Shown in pieces: positions 27,606-36,237 of a DNA stretch of 64,000 nucleotides. Location: contig CANJRG010000019.1 of the NCBI GenBank assembly GCA_947476745.1, positions 1,556-65,555 of the forward strand, read 5' to 3'. Numbering within the stretch: position 1 is the stretch's first letter; every line of letters begins with the position of its first letter. The notes beneath the pieces were generated by a model. It made no database searches and was not told where the DNA came from. It was given only the letters and a program-made list of their open reading frames with translations. Both the position numbers and the translations under genes were made by a program. The DNA is from Acidimicrobiia bacterium. Lineage in GTDB: Bacteria > Actinomycetota > Acidimicrobiia > Acidimicrobiales > CAIXPF01.

Positions 27606-28520
27606 TCAGCCGGCGTTGGCGTTGGCCTCGGCGTCGAGGGCCTGCTGCTGACGGCGCCGGCGCTGCAGCGGCGGTTTCACCGCGGCGAAGATGACGATAC
27701 AGGGGATCGTCAGGTAGGCGATCCAGCGGCTTCCGGGCAGGTCGGTCGTGCCGGCCAATTCCCGGGTCTGGGTGATGAGCAGCAGGCCGGAGACGGCGAG
27801 GCCGAGCAGCCGGGGCCTGAAGAAGCGAACCGCGTAGGCCGCGATCGGCGAGGCGATCACCCCGCCGAGGAGCATGGCGCCGATCACGTCGAAGCGGAGC
27901 CCGTCCTTGCCCATGGTGCTGATGAGGCTGCCCGCTGCCACGAACGCCACGGCCACCTCGGCGGTGTTCACACAGCCGATCGCGTAGCGCGGTGGCACGC
28001 CCCGGTGCAGCAGGAACGGGGTCACGACCGGCCCCCAGGCGCCGACCAGGCCGTTGGTGACGCCACCGGCGAGGCCCGCCACCTCGGTGCCGCGGGTGTC
28101 GGCATCGATGACCGGGCTCGTGGCACCCTGCTCCGGCTCGGCGGCGGTTCGGATGGGGGAACTGAAGCGGATCAGGATGCGGACACCCACCAGGAGCAGC
28201 AGGACGGCCAGGAAGGGTCGCAGTTTGGCGGCGTCGACGTTGGCCAGCACGGTGGTGCCGATGAGCGCTCCGATCGAGCCGGGGATGGCCAGACGGGCGA
28301 CGAGCCGTTTGTCGATGTTGCCGAGCCGCCAGTGCGACACGCCGGCGGCGACGCCGGTCACCACCTTGGCCACGTTGATCGAGGCCGAGACCGCCCCGGG
28401 GGCGATCCCCATGCTCAGCATGATGCTCGAGGAGGTCGGGCCGAAACCCATGCCGAGCGCCCCGTCCACCATGGAGGCCACGAAGCCGGCGAGCGCAACA
28501 AAGATGAGTTCCTTGGACAT
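27606..28520 (-). CDS. Sulfite/anion exporter TauE/SafE family membrane protein
   Basis: An 8-TM duplicated 4-TM architecture. The N-terminus FVASMVDGALGMGFGPTSSSIMLSMG is typical of TauE/SafE. Confidence 0.8.
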   Translation of the reverse strand: MSKELIFVALAGFVASMVDGALGMGFGPTSSSIMLSMGIAPGAVSASINVAKVVTGVAAGVSHWRLGNIDKRLVARLAIPGSIGALIGTTVLANVDAAKLRPFLAVLLLLVGVRILIRFSSPIRTAAEPEQGATSPVIDADTRGTEVAGLAGGVTNGLVGAWGPVVTPFLLHRGVPPRYAIGCVNTAEVAVAFVAAGSLISTMGKDGLRFDVIGAMLLGGVIASPIAAYAVRFFRPRLLGLAVSGLLLITQTRELAGTTDLPGSRWIAYLTIPCIVIFAAVKPPLQRRRRQQQALDAEANANAG

Positions 28521-28649
28521 GGCGCAAATCCTACCGGAGAACCGGTATTCAGCAAAGAGGGCGTTTTGCCCACGCGGTCCGGCCCTTCCGGCCCGTCCCG
28601 CCGGTCCCTGAGCGGCGGTCCTGGTGGGCCCGTCCGGCCGTTCGAGGGG

Positions 28650-29447
28650 TCAGCGTCCCTGCCAGTCGGGTTCCCGGCGTTCGGCGTAGGCGGCCCGGCC
28701 TTCCCGGGCGTCATCGGTGGCCTGGGCGACGATACGCAGGGTCTCCCCGAAGCGCACCGCATCGACCCAGGGCAGCTCCCGGCTGCGCACGGCCACCTCC
28801 TTGGTGGTGCGCACCGCCAGCGGCGCGACCCGGCACAACCGTTCGGCGAGTGCCCTGGCCTCGGCCAGCACCCGGTCCTGGGGCACGACCCGGCCGACGA
28901 GGCCCATTTCCTTCGCCCGTACCGCGTCGACGGGGTCGCCGAGTAGCAAGAGTTCCATGGCGTCCTCCCAGCGCAGCCGCTGGGGCATGCGGATCGCCCC
29001 GACGATCGTGGGCACCCCGAGCCGGACTTCGGGGAAGCCGAAGGTGGCCTGCTCCGAGGCGATGACGAAGTCGCAGAACGACACCGCGGTGACCGCGTAG
29101 CCGAGGCACACCCCGTTGACCGCGGCGATGGTGGGTTTGAACAGCTCGAGGCCGCTCTCGAAGGAGTTGATGGTGGGCTTCTCCCAGAACGTTCCCTTGA
29201 ACGTGCCGGCCGCGCCCGCGCCGTCGCGCACGTCGGCCCCGGAGCAGAACGCCCGCCCGGCGCCCGTGAGGATGGCCACCCAGGCGTCGGGGTCCTCGAG
29301 GAACCGGGTCCAGGCTGCGTTGAGGCCCTCGCGCATGGCCCCGTTGATGGCGTTGAGCCGCTCGGGCCGGTTGTAGGTGATCGTCACGACATGGCCGTCC
29401 TGCTCGTAGAGGACGGGTGGTTGCGTTTCGGCGGCGACGTCGGTCAT
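28650..29447 (-). CDS. Enoyl-CoA hydratase/isomerase (crotonase) family
   Basis: VTITYNRPERLNAING, GRAFCSGADV and TIAAVNGVCLGYAV are crotonase motifs. Confidence 0.85.
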   Translation of the reverse strand: MTDVAAETQPPVLYEQDGHVVTITYNRPERLNAINGAMREGLNAAWTRFLEDPDAWVAILTGAGRAFCSGADVRDGAGAAGTFKGTFWEKPTINSFESGLELFKPTIAAVNGVCLGYAVTAVSFCDFVIASEQATFGFPEVRLGVPTIVGAIRMPQRLRWEDAMELLLLGDPVDAVRAKEMGLVGRVVPQDRVLAEARALAERLCRVAPLAVRTTKEVAVRSRELPWVDAVRFGETLRIVAQATDDAREGRAAYAERREPDWQGR

Positions 29448-29500
29448 GGCCGCGCAGGCTAGGTGGCCGTGGGTGTGGCCGTGGCCGAGTCGCGACGGCC

Positions 29501-29563
29501 GGTGGACGGTGGCCGGTGGACGGTGGACGGTGGCCGGTGGACGGTGGACGGTGGACGGTGGCG
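29501..29563. repeat. Nine tandem heptamers GGTGG(A/C)C in a divergent intergenic region
   Basis: Read directly from the sequence as GGTGGAC GGTGGCC GGTGGAC GGTGGAC GGTGGCC GGTGGAC GGTGGAC GGTGGAC GGTGGCG. Confidence 0.9.
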
Positions 29564-29607
29564 GTCCCCGGCAGGGCGGCTGCTGGCGGTGCGGCCCGGC
29601 TCGGGGG

Positions 29608-29626
29608 TGTCACCGGGTCGGTGACA
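29608..29626. promoter_or_regulatory. Candidate operator: inverted repeat TGTCACC-N5-GGTGACA
   Basis: A perfect 7-bp inverted repeat lies about 105 nt upstream of the acyl-CoA dehydrogenase start. No cognate regulator is identified. Confidence 0.3.
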
Positions 29627-29732
29627 GGCGGTAGCGTCTGGCTCGTAGTTCCCCCGCACGGGCTGCCGGTCGCCTCCGGGGCGCGACGCGCCGGGGACGA
29701 GTTCGATCACCGCACGAAGGACGGGCAGACCC

Positions 29733-30977
29733 ATGAGCGACAACGTCGAATCCGAGCTCAGCGTCGAAGAGGCCGAGGCGTTCCGGGCTCGCTGCCGGGC
29801 CTTTCTCGAGGACCACGCCACCGGCATCTCCATCGACGGGCCCGATTCCCGCAGCGAGAAGGAGATCGCCGCCAACAAGGCCTTTCAGCAGAAGGTTGCC
29901 GCCGCAGGCCTGGCGGGGATCATCTATCCGGCCGAGTACGGCGGTGCCGGGCTCTCCAGGGCCCACGAGCGGATCTGGCGGGAGGAGTACGGCCACGTTC
30001 CCGACATGACCGCGCAGCTCACCATCAGCCACGGCATGTGCATGCCGATGCTGGCCGAGTACGGCAGCCACGAGCAGAAGGCCCAGTTCCTCGGCGATTG
30101 CATCGCGGCGCGCACCGTGTGGTGCCAGATGTTCTCCGAACCGGGTGCCGGCTCCGACGTGGCGTCGTTGCAGACCAAGGCCACCCTCGACGGTGACGAG
30201 TGGACGATCAACGGTCAGAAGGTGTGGACCACGCTGGCCCACGTGTGCGACTACGGCATCGTCATCGCCCGCACCGATGCCGAGCAGGTCAAGCACCGCG
30301 GCATCTCGATGTTCATCGTCGACATGAAGGCCCCCGGGGTCGAGATCCGGGCCATCAACCAGATCGACGGCGGCAAGCACTTCAACGAGATCTTCTTCAC
30401 CGACGTGCGCATCCCCAAGGCGTGGCAGGTCGGCCCGCTCAACGAGGGCTGGCGGCTGGCCACCGCCATGCTGATGTACGAACGCGTGGCCATCGGCACC
30501 GGGTCCAAGAGCGGGGTGTCCACGCCGACCTACAAGTACCTGGCCGGCGAGGCGACAAGGCGTGGGGTCATCACCGACCCCGTCGTGCGTCAGGACCTGA
30601 TGCGCCTATACACCGAGGAGACCACCAAGAGCCTGGTGGCCATGCGCACTCGGGCCGAATTGAAGTCCGGCAAGACCCCCGGGCCGGGTGGGTCCTTGGG
30701 CAAGTTGCAAACCGCGGTCATCGCCAAGCTGGCCCGCCGCATCACCCTCGGCATCGCCGGCCCGGCCGGGGTGGCCTGGGAGGAAGGTGTCGGCGACGGC
30801 GACAAGCACGCCCGCAGCGTGCTGCGCAGCTTTTCCGCCACCATCGCCGGCGGCACCGACGAGATCCAGAAGAACATCATCGGCGACCGCGTCCTCGGCC
30901 TACCCCGGGACATCGCCACCGACATCGACGTGCCGTTCAAGGACCTCAAGGTCGGCACCCAGAAGTCGGCGGGCTGA
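29733..30977 (+). CDS. Acyl-CoA dehydrogenase
   Basis: Full-length ACAD pattern (CQMFSEPGAGSDVASL, WTINGQKVWTT, GGTDEIQKNIIG). Confidence 0.9.
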   Translation: MSDNVESELSVEEAEAFRARCRAFLEDHATGISIDGPDSRSEKEIAANKAFQQKVAAAGLAGIIYPAEYGGAGLSRAHERIWREEYGHVPDMTAQLTISHGMCMPMLAEYGSHEQKAQFLGDCIAARTVWCQMFSEPGAGSDVASLQTKATLDGDEWTINGQKVWTTLAHVCDYGIVIARTDAEQVKHRGISMFIVDMKAPGVEIRAINQIDGGKHFNEIFFTDVRIPKAWQVGPLNEGWRLATAMLMYERVAIGTGSKSGVSTPTYKYLAGEATRRGVITDPVVRQDLMRLYTEETTKSLVAMRTRAELKSGKTPGPGGSLGKLQTAVIAKLARRITLGIAGPAGVAWEEGVGDGDKHARSVLRSFSATIAGGTDEIQKNIIGDRVLGLPRDIATDIDVPFKDLKVGTQKSAG

Positions 30978-31000
30978 CCGGCCCGCTAGGGTCGGCGTAC

Positions 31001-31762
31001 ATGACCGTGCCCACCCTGCACATCGACGGCCACGTCGCCACCATCGAGCTCCAGCGCCCCGACAAGCGCAATCGCATCGAACCCGACGACCTCGTCGAGC
31101 TGCTGGCGCTGTTCGACCGGATCGTCGAGGCCGACGACGTGCGAGCGGTGGTGCTGGCGGCCCGTGGGCCATCGTTCTGCTCAGGGTTTCATCTGGGGGC
31201 GCTGACCGAGGGAACCCGATCGCCGGTGTCCTTCGGCGAGATGTGCGACCGGCTGGCGCGTCTGCCGATGCCGACGATCGCGCAGATCGAGGGCAACATC
31301 CACGGCGGTGGCACCGACCTGGCCCTGTCGTGCGACTTCCGGATCGCCGCCGAGCACATCCACCTGCTCATGCCCGCGGCCCGCTTCGGCCTGCAGTACT
31401 ACGGCAGTGGCCTACAGCGGTTCGTGGCGGCCATCGGCCCGTCGGCGACCAAGAAGTTGTTCCTCACGGCCCTGCCGGCTGATTCGGCCACGTTGCTGCG
31501 GGTGGGCTACCTAGACGAGGTGGTGTCAGACGACTTCGTGGGGACCCGGGTGGGGGAGCTCGCCGACGCCATCTGCCTGCTCGGCCCCGAGGCGGTGACC
31601 CGGACCAAGGCCGCCATCGACGGGTTCGCCTCGGGGACCGCGGACGTGGCCGCGGTCGACGAGTCGGCGCGGGCCTCGATGCGTTCGTCCGAGCACCGCG
31701 AGGGTCTGCGGGCCCTGGCCGAGAAACGTCCGCCGGTGTTCTTGCCCTCGACGTTGCGCTGA
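31001..31762 (+). CDS. Enoyl-CoA hydratase/isomerase family protein
   Basis: The ATG is at 31001. Motifs ATIELQRPDKRNRI, GPSFCSGFHLG and IAQIEGNIHGGGTDLAL are present. The long upstream extension from 30200 is rejected. Confidence 0.8.
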   Translation: MTVPTLHIDGHVATIELQRPDKRNRIEPDDLVELLALFDRIVEADDVRAVVLAARGPSFCSGFHLGALTEGTRSPVSFGEMCDRLARLPMPTIAQIEGNIHGGGTDLALSCDFRIAAEHIHLLMPAARFGLQYYGSGLQRFVAAIGPSATKKLFLTALPADSATLLRVGYLDEVVSDDFVGTRVGELADAICLLGPEAVTRTKAAIDGFASGTADVAAVDESARASMRSSEHREGLRALAEKRPPVFLPSTLR

Positions 31763-31801
31763 GCGCGGGCGGGCGCCGGCCCGGCCCGGCGTGGCAGGCT
31801 C

Positions 31802-33226
31802 GTGGCCATGGCCGCCACCGAACCCAAGCGACTGTCGCTGAACGCGTTCTCCATGAACTGCGTTTCGCACATCAACCAGGGACTCTGGGTGCGCGAGGAC
31901 ACCCGCAACATCGAGTACCGCACCCTGGCCCCGTGGATGGAGCTGGCCAAGATCCTCGAGGCCGGCTGCTTCGACGCTCTGTTCCTCGCCGACGTGGTGG
32001 GCCTCTACGACGCCTACCGGGGTGGTCCGGAGGTGTCCATCCGTGAGGGCATGCAGGTCCCGGTGAACGACCCGATGCTGTTGATCCCGGCCATGGCCAC
32101 GGTCACCGAACACCTCGGGTTCGCCTTCACCTCGTCGATCCTGCAGACCCATCCGTTCACCTTCGCCCGGCAGGTGTCGACCCTCGATCACCTCACCGGC
32201 GGGCGGGTCGGCTGGAACATCGTCACGTCCTACCTGCCCAACGCCGCCGCCAGCCTGGGCCTGAAGGACCTGCCCGGCCACGACGAGCGTTACGACATGG
32301 CCGATGAGTACCTCGAGGTCCTCTACAAGCTGTGGGAGGCCTCCTGGGAGGAGGATGCGGTGCTGGCGGACAAGGCGCACCGTATCTACGCCGACCCGGA
32401 CAAGGTGCACCGCATCGACCATGTCGGCCGCTACTACGAGGTCGCCGGTCCCCACCTGTGCGAACCGTCGCCGCAGCGCACGCCGCTGTTGTTCCAGGCC
32501 GGTTCGTCGCCCCGCGGCCGGGAGTTCGCCGCCCGCCACGCCGAGTGCGCCTTCGTGTTGTCCAGCCGCCGCCAGCTCGCTGCCGGCAAGGGCCCGGTGG
32601 CGGACATCCGGGCCCGGGCGGCCCGCTACGGCCGCAACCCCGACGACATCCGCTTCTACCAGGGCCTCTCGCCGGTGGTCGGCGGCACCGAGGCCGAGGC
32701 CAAGGCCAAGGCCGCGGAGTACCTCGAGCAGCTCAGCACCGAGGCCGCGCTGGCCCACCTGTGCGGCTCGGTCGGAGTGGACCTCGGTGCCATCGACCCG
32801 GACCGGCCGCTCGAGACCTTCGACGGCAACGGCATGACCGGGGTGGTCAAGGGCCTGCTCGACAGCGCTCCTCCGGGGACCCGGACCTTCCGCGACCTGG
32901 CCAAGGCCAACATGGCCGGACAGTTCGTGGTCGGCACGCCCGAGCAGCTCGCGGACACGCTGGCCGAGTTCGGCTCGCTCGGCATCGACGGGTTCAACCT
33001 GGTGTACGCCACGACCCCGGGAACCTTCGTCGACTTCATCGACGGCGTGGTGCCGGTGCTGCAGCAGCGAGGCCTGGTCCGCACCGACTACGAGCCGGTC
33101 CCGCTACGGGAACGCCTCTTCGGTACGCCGCGGCTCCCGGACCGTCATCCGGCCGGGCAGACCCGCATCGAGGCGGCCCGCCGCCGGGCCGCGGGCCGGG
33201 CCGGGCAGCCGATCGCCCAGGGCTGA
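31802..33226 (+). CDS. LLM-class flavin-dependent monooxygenase, NtaA/SnaA/DszA family
   Basis: LSLNAFSMNCVSHINQGLW, FLADVVGLYD, TLDHLTGGRVGWNIVTSY and RTPLLFQAGSSPRGREFAARHAE are typical of this family. Confidence 0.85.
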   Translation: MAMAATEPKRLSLNAFSMNCVSHINQGLWVREDTRNIEYRTLAPWMELAKILEAGCFDALFLADVVGLYDAYRGGPEVSIREGMQVPVNDPMLLIPAMATVTEHLGFAFTSSILQTHPFTFARQVSTLDHLTGGRVGWNIVTSYLPNAAASLGLKDLPGHDERYDMADEYLEVLYKLWEASWEEDAVLADKAHRIYADPDKVHRIDHVGRYYEVAGPHLCEPSPQRTPLLFQAGSSPRGREFAARHAECAFVLSSRRQLAAGKGPVADIRARAARYGRNPDDIRFYQGLSPVVGGTEAEAKAKAAEYLEQLSTEAALAHLCGSVGVDLGAIDPDRPLETFDGNGMTGVVKGLLDSAPPGTRTFRDLAKANMAGQFVVGTPEQLADTLAEFGSLGIDGFNLVYATTPGTFVDFIDGVVPVLQQRGLVRTDYEPVPLRERLFGTPRLPDRHPAGQTRIEAARRRAAGRAGQPIAQG

Positions 33227-33318
33227 CCGCTGGGTTCGGCCGGGTCTGCGGCCGGGGTGGAGCGAGTCACGGTCCGGCCGACGTGCCGGTGGTCACGCGA
33301 TCGGCGAGACTGTCGGGC

Positions 33319-35691
33319 ATGGGTGCTTTGGAAGGTGTTCGGGTCCTCGAGCTCGCCGGCGGTATCGGCGTGGCCTACGCCGCCAAGTTGTTGGCCGACC
33401 TCGGCGCGGACGTCGTCCGGGTCGAGGACGAGGGTGACCTGGTGCGGGCCCGGCCGTTCGAGGTCCATCGCTGGTTGAATACCAACAAGCGGTCGATGCG
33501 CAGCGGCGACGGGCTGCTGGCCGGGGCCGACCTGCTGCTGCACGACCTGAAGCCCTCGGCCGCCGCCGTCGCCGGTCTGGACGCACCGTCCCTGCTCGCC
33601 GCCCACCCGCGGCTGGTGGTGGGGACCATCACGCCCTACGGTTCGACGGGCCCGTGGGCCGAGTTCGCGGCGACCGAGCTCAACGTGATCCACGCCAGCA
33701 GCTGGGGCTACCTCTCGCCCGCGGCGGCCACCGACCCCGAGTTGCCGCCGCTCAAGGCCCCCGGCCATCACGCCACGATCCTCACCGCCACCGTCGGGGC
33801 CACCGCCTGTCTCGCCGCAGTGGACCGGGCGGCGCGGACCGGGCAGGGCGAGCACGTCGACTTCTCGATGTTCGCCGCCGGTGCCCGGATGACGGAGACC
33901 GCCCCCGCTGCGGCAAACTTCCAGCATGCCGATGCCTCCCGCCTCGGAACCCGGACCGTGGTGCCGTGGTCGATCTACCGGTGCCGTGACGGGCTGATCC
34001 AGCTCATCTGCGTGGAACAGGCCCAGTGGGAAGCCCTGCTCGGGCTGATGGGTAACCCCGAGTGGAGCGAGCTCGAGGTGTTCGCCGAGAACAACTCCCG
34101 ACGTGAGAACGCCGACCTGGTGCAGCTGTACGTGTCGGAGTGGATGGCCGAGCAGGAGGTGGTCGACCTGTACCGGCGTGGTCAAGCAGCCCGCGTCTGC
34201 TTGACGCCGGTGTACACGATGGCGCAACTCGCCGAGGACGCCCACTTCGTCGAACGGGGCTTCTTCGTCGAGGACCCCGACGGGTTGCGTCTGCCGTCGT
34301 GCGGGTTCAAGTTCGATCAGCCGTGGTGGGCCCTGCGTACCGCCGCGCCGGCCGTCGGTGCCCACGACGGCGAGGGCTGGCGTGACCGGTCGGCGTCGGT
34401 GGTCCCGGCGGAGACGCCAGAGGCTGTGGCACCGGGCCGGCCTCTCGAAGGGGTACGGGTCTGCGACTTCACCTGGGTATGGGCCGGTCCGTACTGCACC
34501 CAGTTGCTGGCCCATCTCGGTGCCGACGTGGTCCGCCTGGAATCGCCCGACCACCTGTGCCTGTTCCGCCGCCTGCCGTTCAACCCGCCGGAGTTGCCGC
34601 TGACTCCCGACTCCAACGGGCTGTTCCAGCTCTACAACTCGGACAAGCGCAGCCTCGGTATCGACCTGCGCCGAGCCGAGGCACGCGCCGTGGTGGAGCG
34701 GATGGTGGCCCGCAGCGACGTGGTGGTGGAGAACTTCGCGGTGGGGACCCTCGCCGATCTCGGCTACACGGTCGAGGCGTTGCGGGCCATCAACCCGGAG
34801 GTGATCGTGGTGTCCCTGAGCGGGTTCGGCCAGACCGGCCCGTATGCGAGCTACATGGCCTACGGACCCTCTGGAGGCGCAGCGGCCGGTCTGTACGCAG
34901 CCACCGGTTATGAGGGTGGCGACGCCGCCGAGACCGGTGTCGCCATCGGTGACCCCGGGACCGGCCTCACCGCGGCGTGGGCCACGGTCGCCGCGCTGGT
35001 GGGTCGCCGCCTGACCGGCGTCCCGGCCCGGGTCGATGTCGGCATGGTGGAGGCCATCGCCGCCACCGTCGGCGAGCTGTGGATGCAGTACCTCAGTGAC
35101 GGCGTACCGCCCGGTCCGTCGGGTAACCGGGACCCGCAGTGGGCACCGCACGGGGTGTACGCCACGGCTGAGGACGAATGGATCACCATCGCCGTCACCG
35201 GCGATGCCCAGTGGCAGGCATTGGTGCGCGCGGTGGGGGCCGACAGGGGGGACACCGGCAGCGGTCTCGCCGACGGACGCTTCGCCACGGTCGCCGGCCG
35301 CAAAGCCCACGAGGCCGAGATCGACGACCTGCTGCAACGATGGGTCACCGGCGAGGACCGTTGGGAACTCACCGGACGGTTGCAGGCCGTGGGGGTGGCG
35401 GCAGTGCCGTCGATCTCCCCGTTGGAGCTGTGGGCCGGCAACGAGCAGCTCGCGGCGATCGCCATGTTGGAACAGCCCGACCATCCGGTCACCGGGCGCC
35501 ACACGGTGCCCGGCGTTCCGTGGCGTTTGGCCAATGGCCCGAACGGCCTGCGTCGAGCGGCCCCGATACTGGGCCAGCACACGGTCGAGGTGCTCGACGA
35601 GCTGGGCTTCACCCCGGCCGAGGTCGACGAGCTGAAGGCCGCCGGCGCGGTGCGGGTCCCTGCGTCGAGCGCGGAGCGCGCCACGGGCTGA
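33319..35691 (+). CDS. Tandem-fused double family-III CoA-transferase (two CaiB/BaiF domains in one 790-aa chain)
   Basis: The first domain starts LEGVRVLELAGGIGVAYAAKLLADLGADVVRVE. The second starts near nt 34440 with LEGVRVCDFTWVWAGPYCTQLLAHLGADVVRLE. Confidence 0.8.
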   Translation: MGALEGVRVLELAGGIGVAYAAKLLADLGADVVRVEDEGDLVRARPFEVHRWLNTNKRSMRSGDGLLAGADLLLHDLKPSAAAVAGLDAPSLLAAHPRLVVGTITPYGSTGPWAEFAATELNVIHASSWGYLSPAAATDPELPPLKAPGHHATILTATVGATACLAAVDRAARTGQGEHVDFSMFAAGARMTETAPAAANFQHADASRLGTRTVVPWSIYRCRDGLIQLICVEQAQWEALLGLMGNPEWSELEVFAENNSRRENADLVQLYVSEWMAEQEVVDLYRRGQAARVCLTPVYTMAQLAEDAHFVERGFFVEDPDGLRLPSCGFKFDQPWWALRTAAPAVGAHDGEGWRDRSASVVPAETPEAVAPGRPLEGVRVCDFTWVWAGPYCTQLLAHLGADVVRLESPDHLCLFRRLPFNPPELPLTPDSNGLFQLYNSDKRSLGIDLRRAEARAVVERMVARSDVVVENFAVGTLADLGYTVEALRAINPEVIVVSLSGFGQTGPYASYMAYGPSGGAAAGLYAATGYEGGDAAETGVAIGDPGTGLTAAWATVAALVGRRLTGVPARVDVGMVEAIAATVGELWMQYLSDGVPPGPSGNRDPQWAPHGVYATAEDEWITIAVTGDAQWQALVRAVGADRGDTGSGLADGRFATVAGRKAHEAEIDDLLQRWVTGEDRWELTGRLQAVGVAAVPSISPLELWAGNEQLAAIAMLEQPDHPVTGRHTVPGVPWRLANGPNGLRRAAPILGQHTVEVLDELGFTPAEVDELKAAGAVRVPASSAERATG

Positions 35692-35754
35692 GCGCTCCGC
35701 GGGCCGGTCGGGAGCCGCGGGACCCCCCCCACCCAGTAGCATCTCGCCATCAGG

Positions 35755-36237
35755 GTGTCCCGGGTGGTGTCGGTGGCCGTGCTCTGCATCGGCATGGTGA
35801 CCGGTGGCTTCGCCTGCGCCGATGACGTCCCCGAGGTGAGCCCGGTCGGCGAGATCTACGGTGCCGTCCTGGCCGCGCTGGTGGCCGAACAACCGGTGGC
35901 CACGACGGCGCCGGGGGCGATGCCGGTGGTGTACGTGGCGCCGCTGGACAAACGCTATCGGATCGGCCTCGGTGACCAGGCCGAGGTGCTCGAGCGCCTC
36001 CGGCTCGTCGTCGATGTGCGCTTCGTCGATGACCGGGCCGAGGCGATCGACGACAAACGGCCGGAGCGTCCGGTGCGCGACGGTGCGGTCCTGGTGGAGC
36101 TCGGCCCGGTCATCAACGAGAAGGACGGGTACTCGTTGCACCTGCGCCGTTCCGGCGACGTGACCGTGCCCCAGGAGCGCTCGGCCGTTGTTACCCGGGC
36201 GGACGGGACGTGGGCCGTCGTGCTGGGCGCTCGCTGA
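35755..36237 (+). CDS. Hypothetical lipoprotein
   Basis: The signal carries a lipobox-like VTGGFAC. I recognise no family. The start codon is uncertain because several GTGs are available. Confidence 0.4.
   Translation: MSRVVSVAVLCIGMVTGGFACADDVPEVSPVGEIYGAVLAALVAEQPVATTAPGAMPVVYVAPLDKRYRIGLGDQAEVLERLRLVVDVRFVDDRAEAIDDKRPERPVRDGAVLVELGPVINEKDGYSLHLRRSGDVTVPQERSAVVTRADGTWAVVLGAR

Noticed and set aside
35696-35730. Hairpin (CCGCGG stems) followed by a C8 run after the tandem CoA-transferase gene, as a second C-rich sRNA element
   Set aside because: It has only a 6-bp stem, the C-run is outside the loop, and no promoter or terminator signature is present. It is more likely a weak terminator or chance structure.
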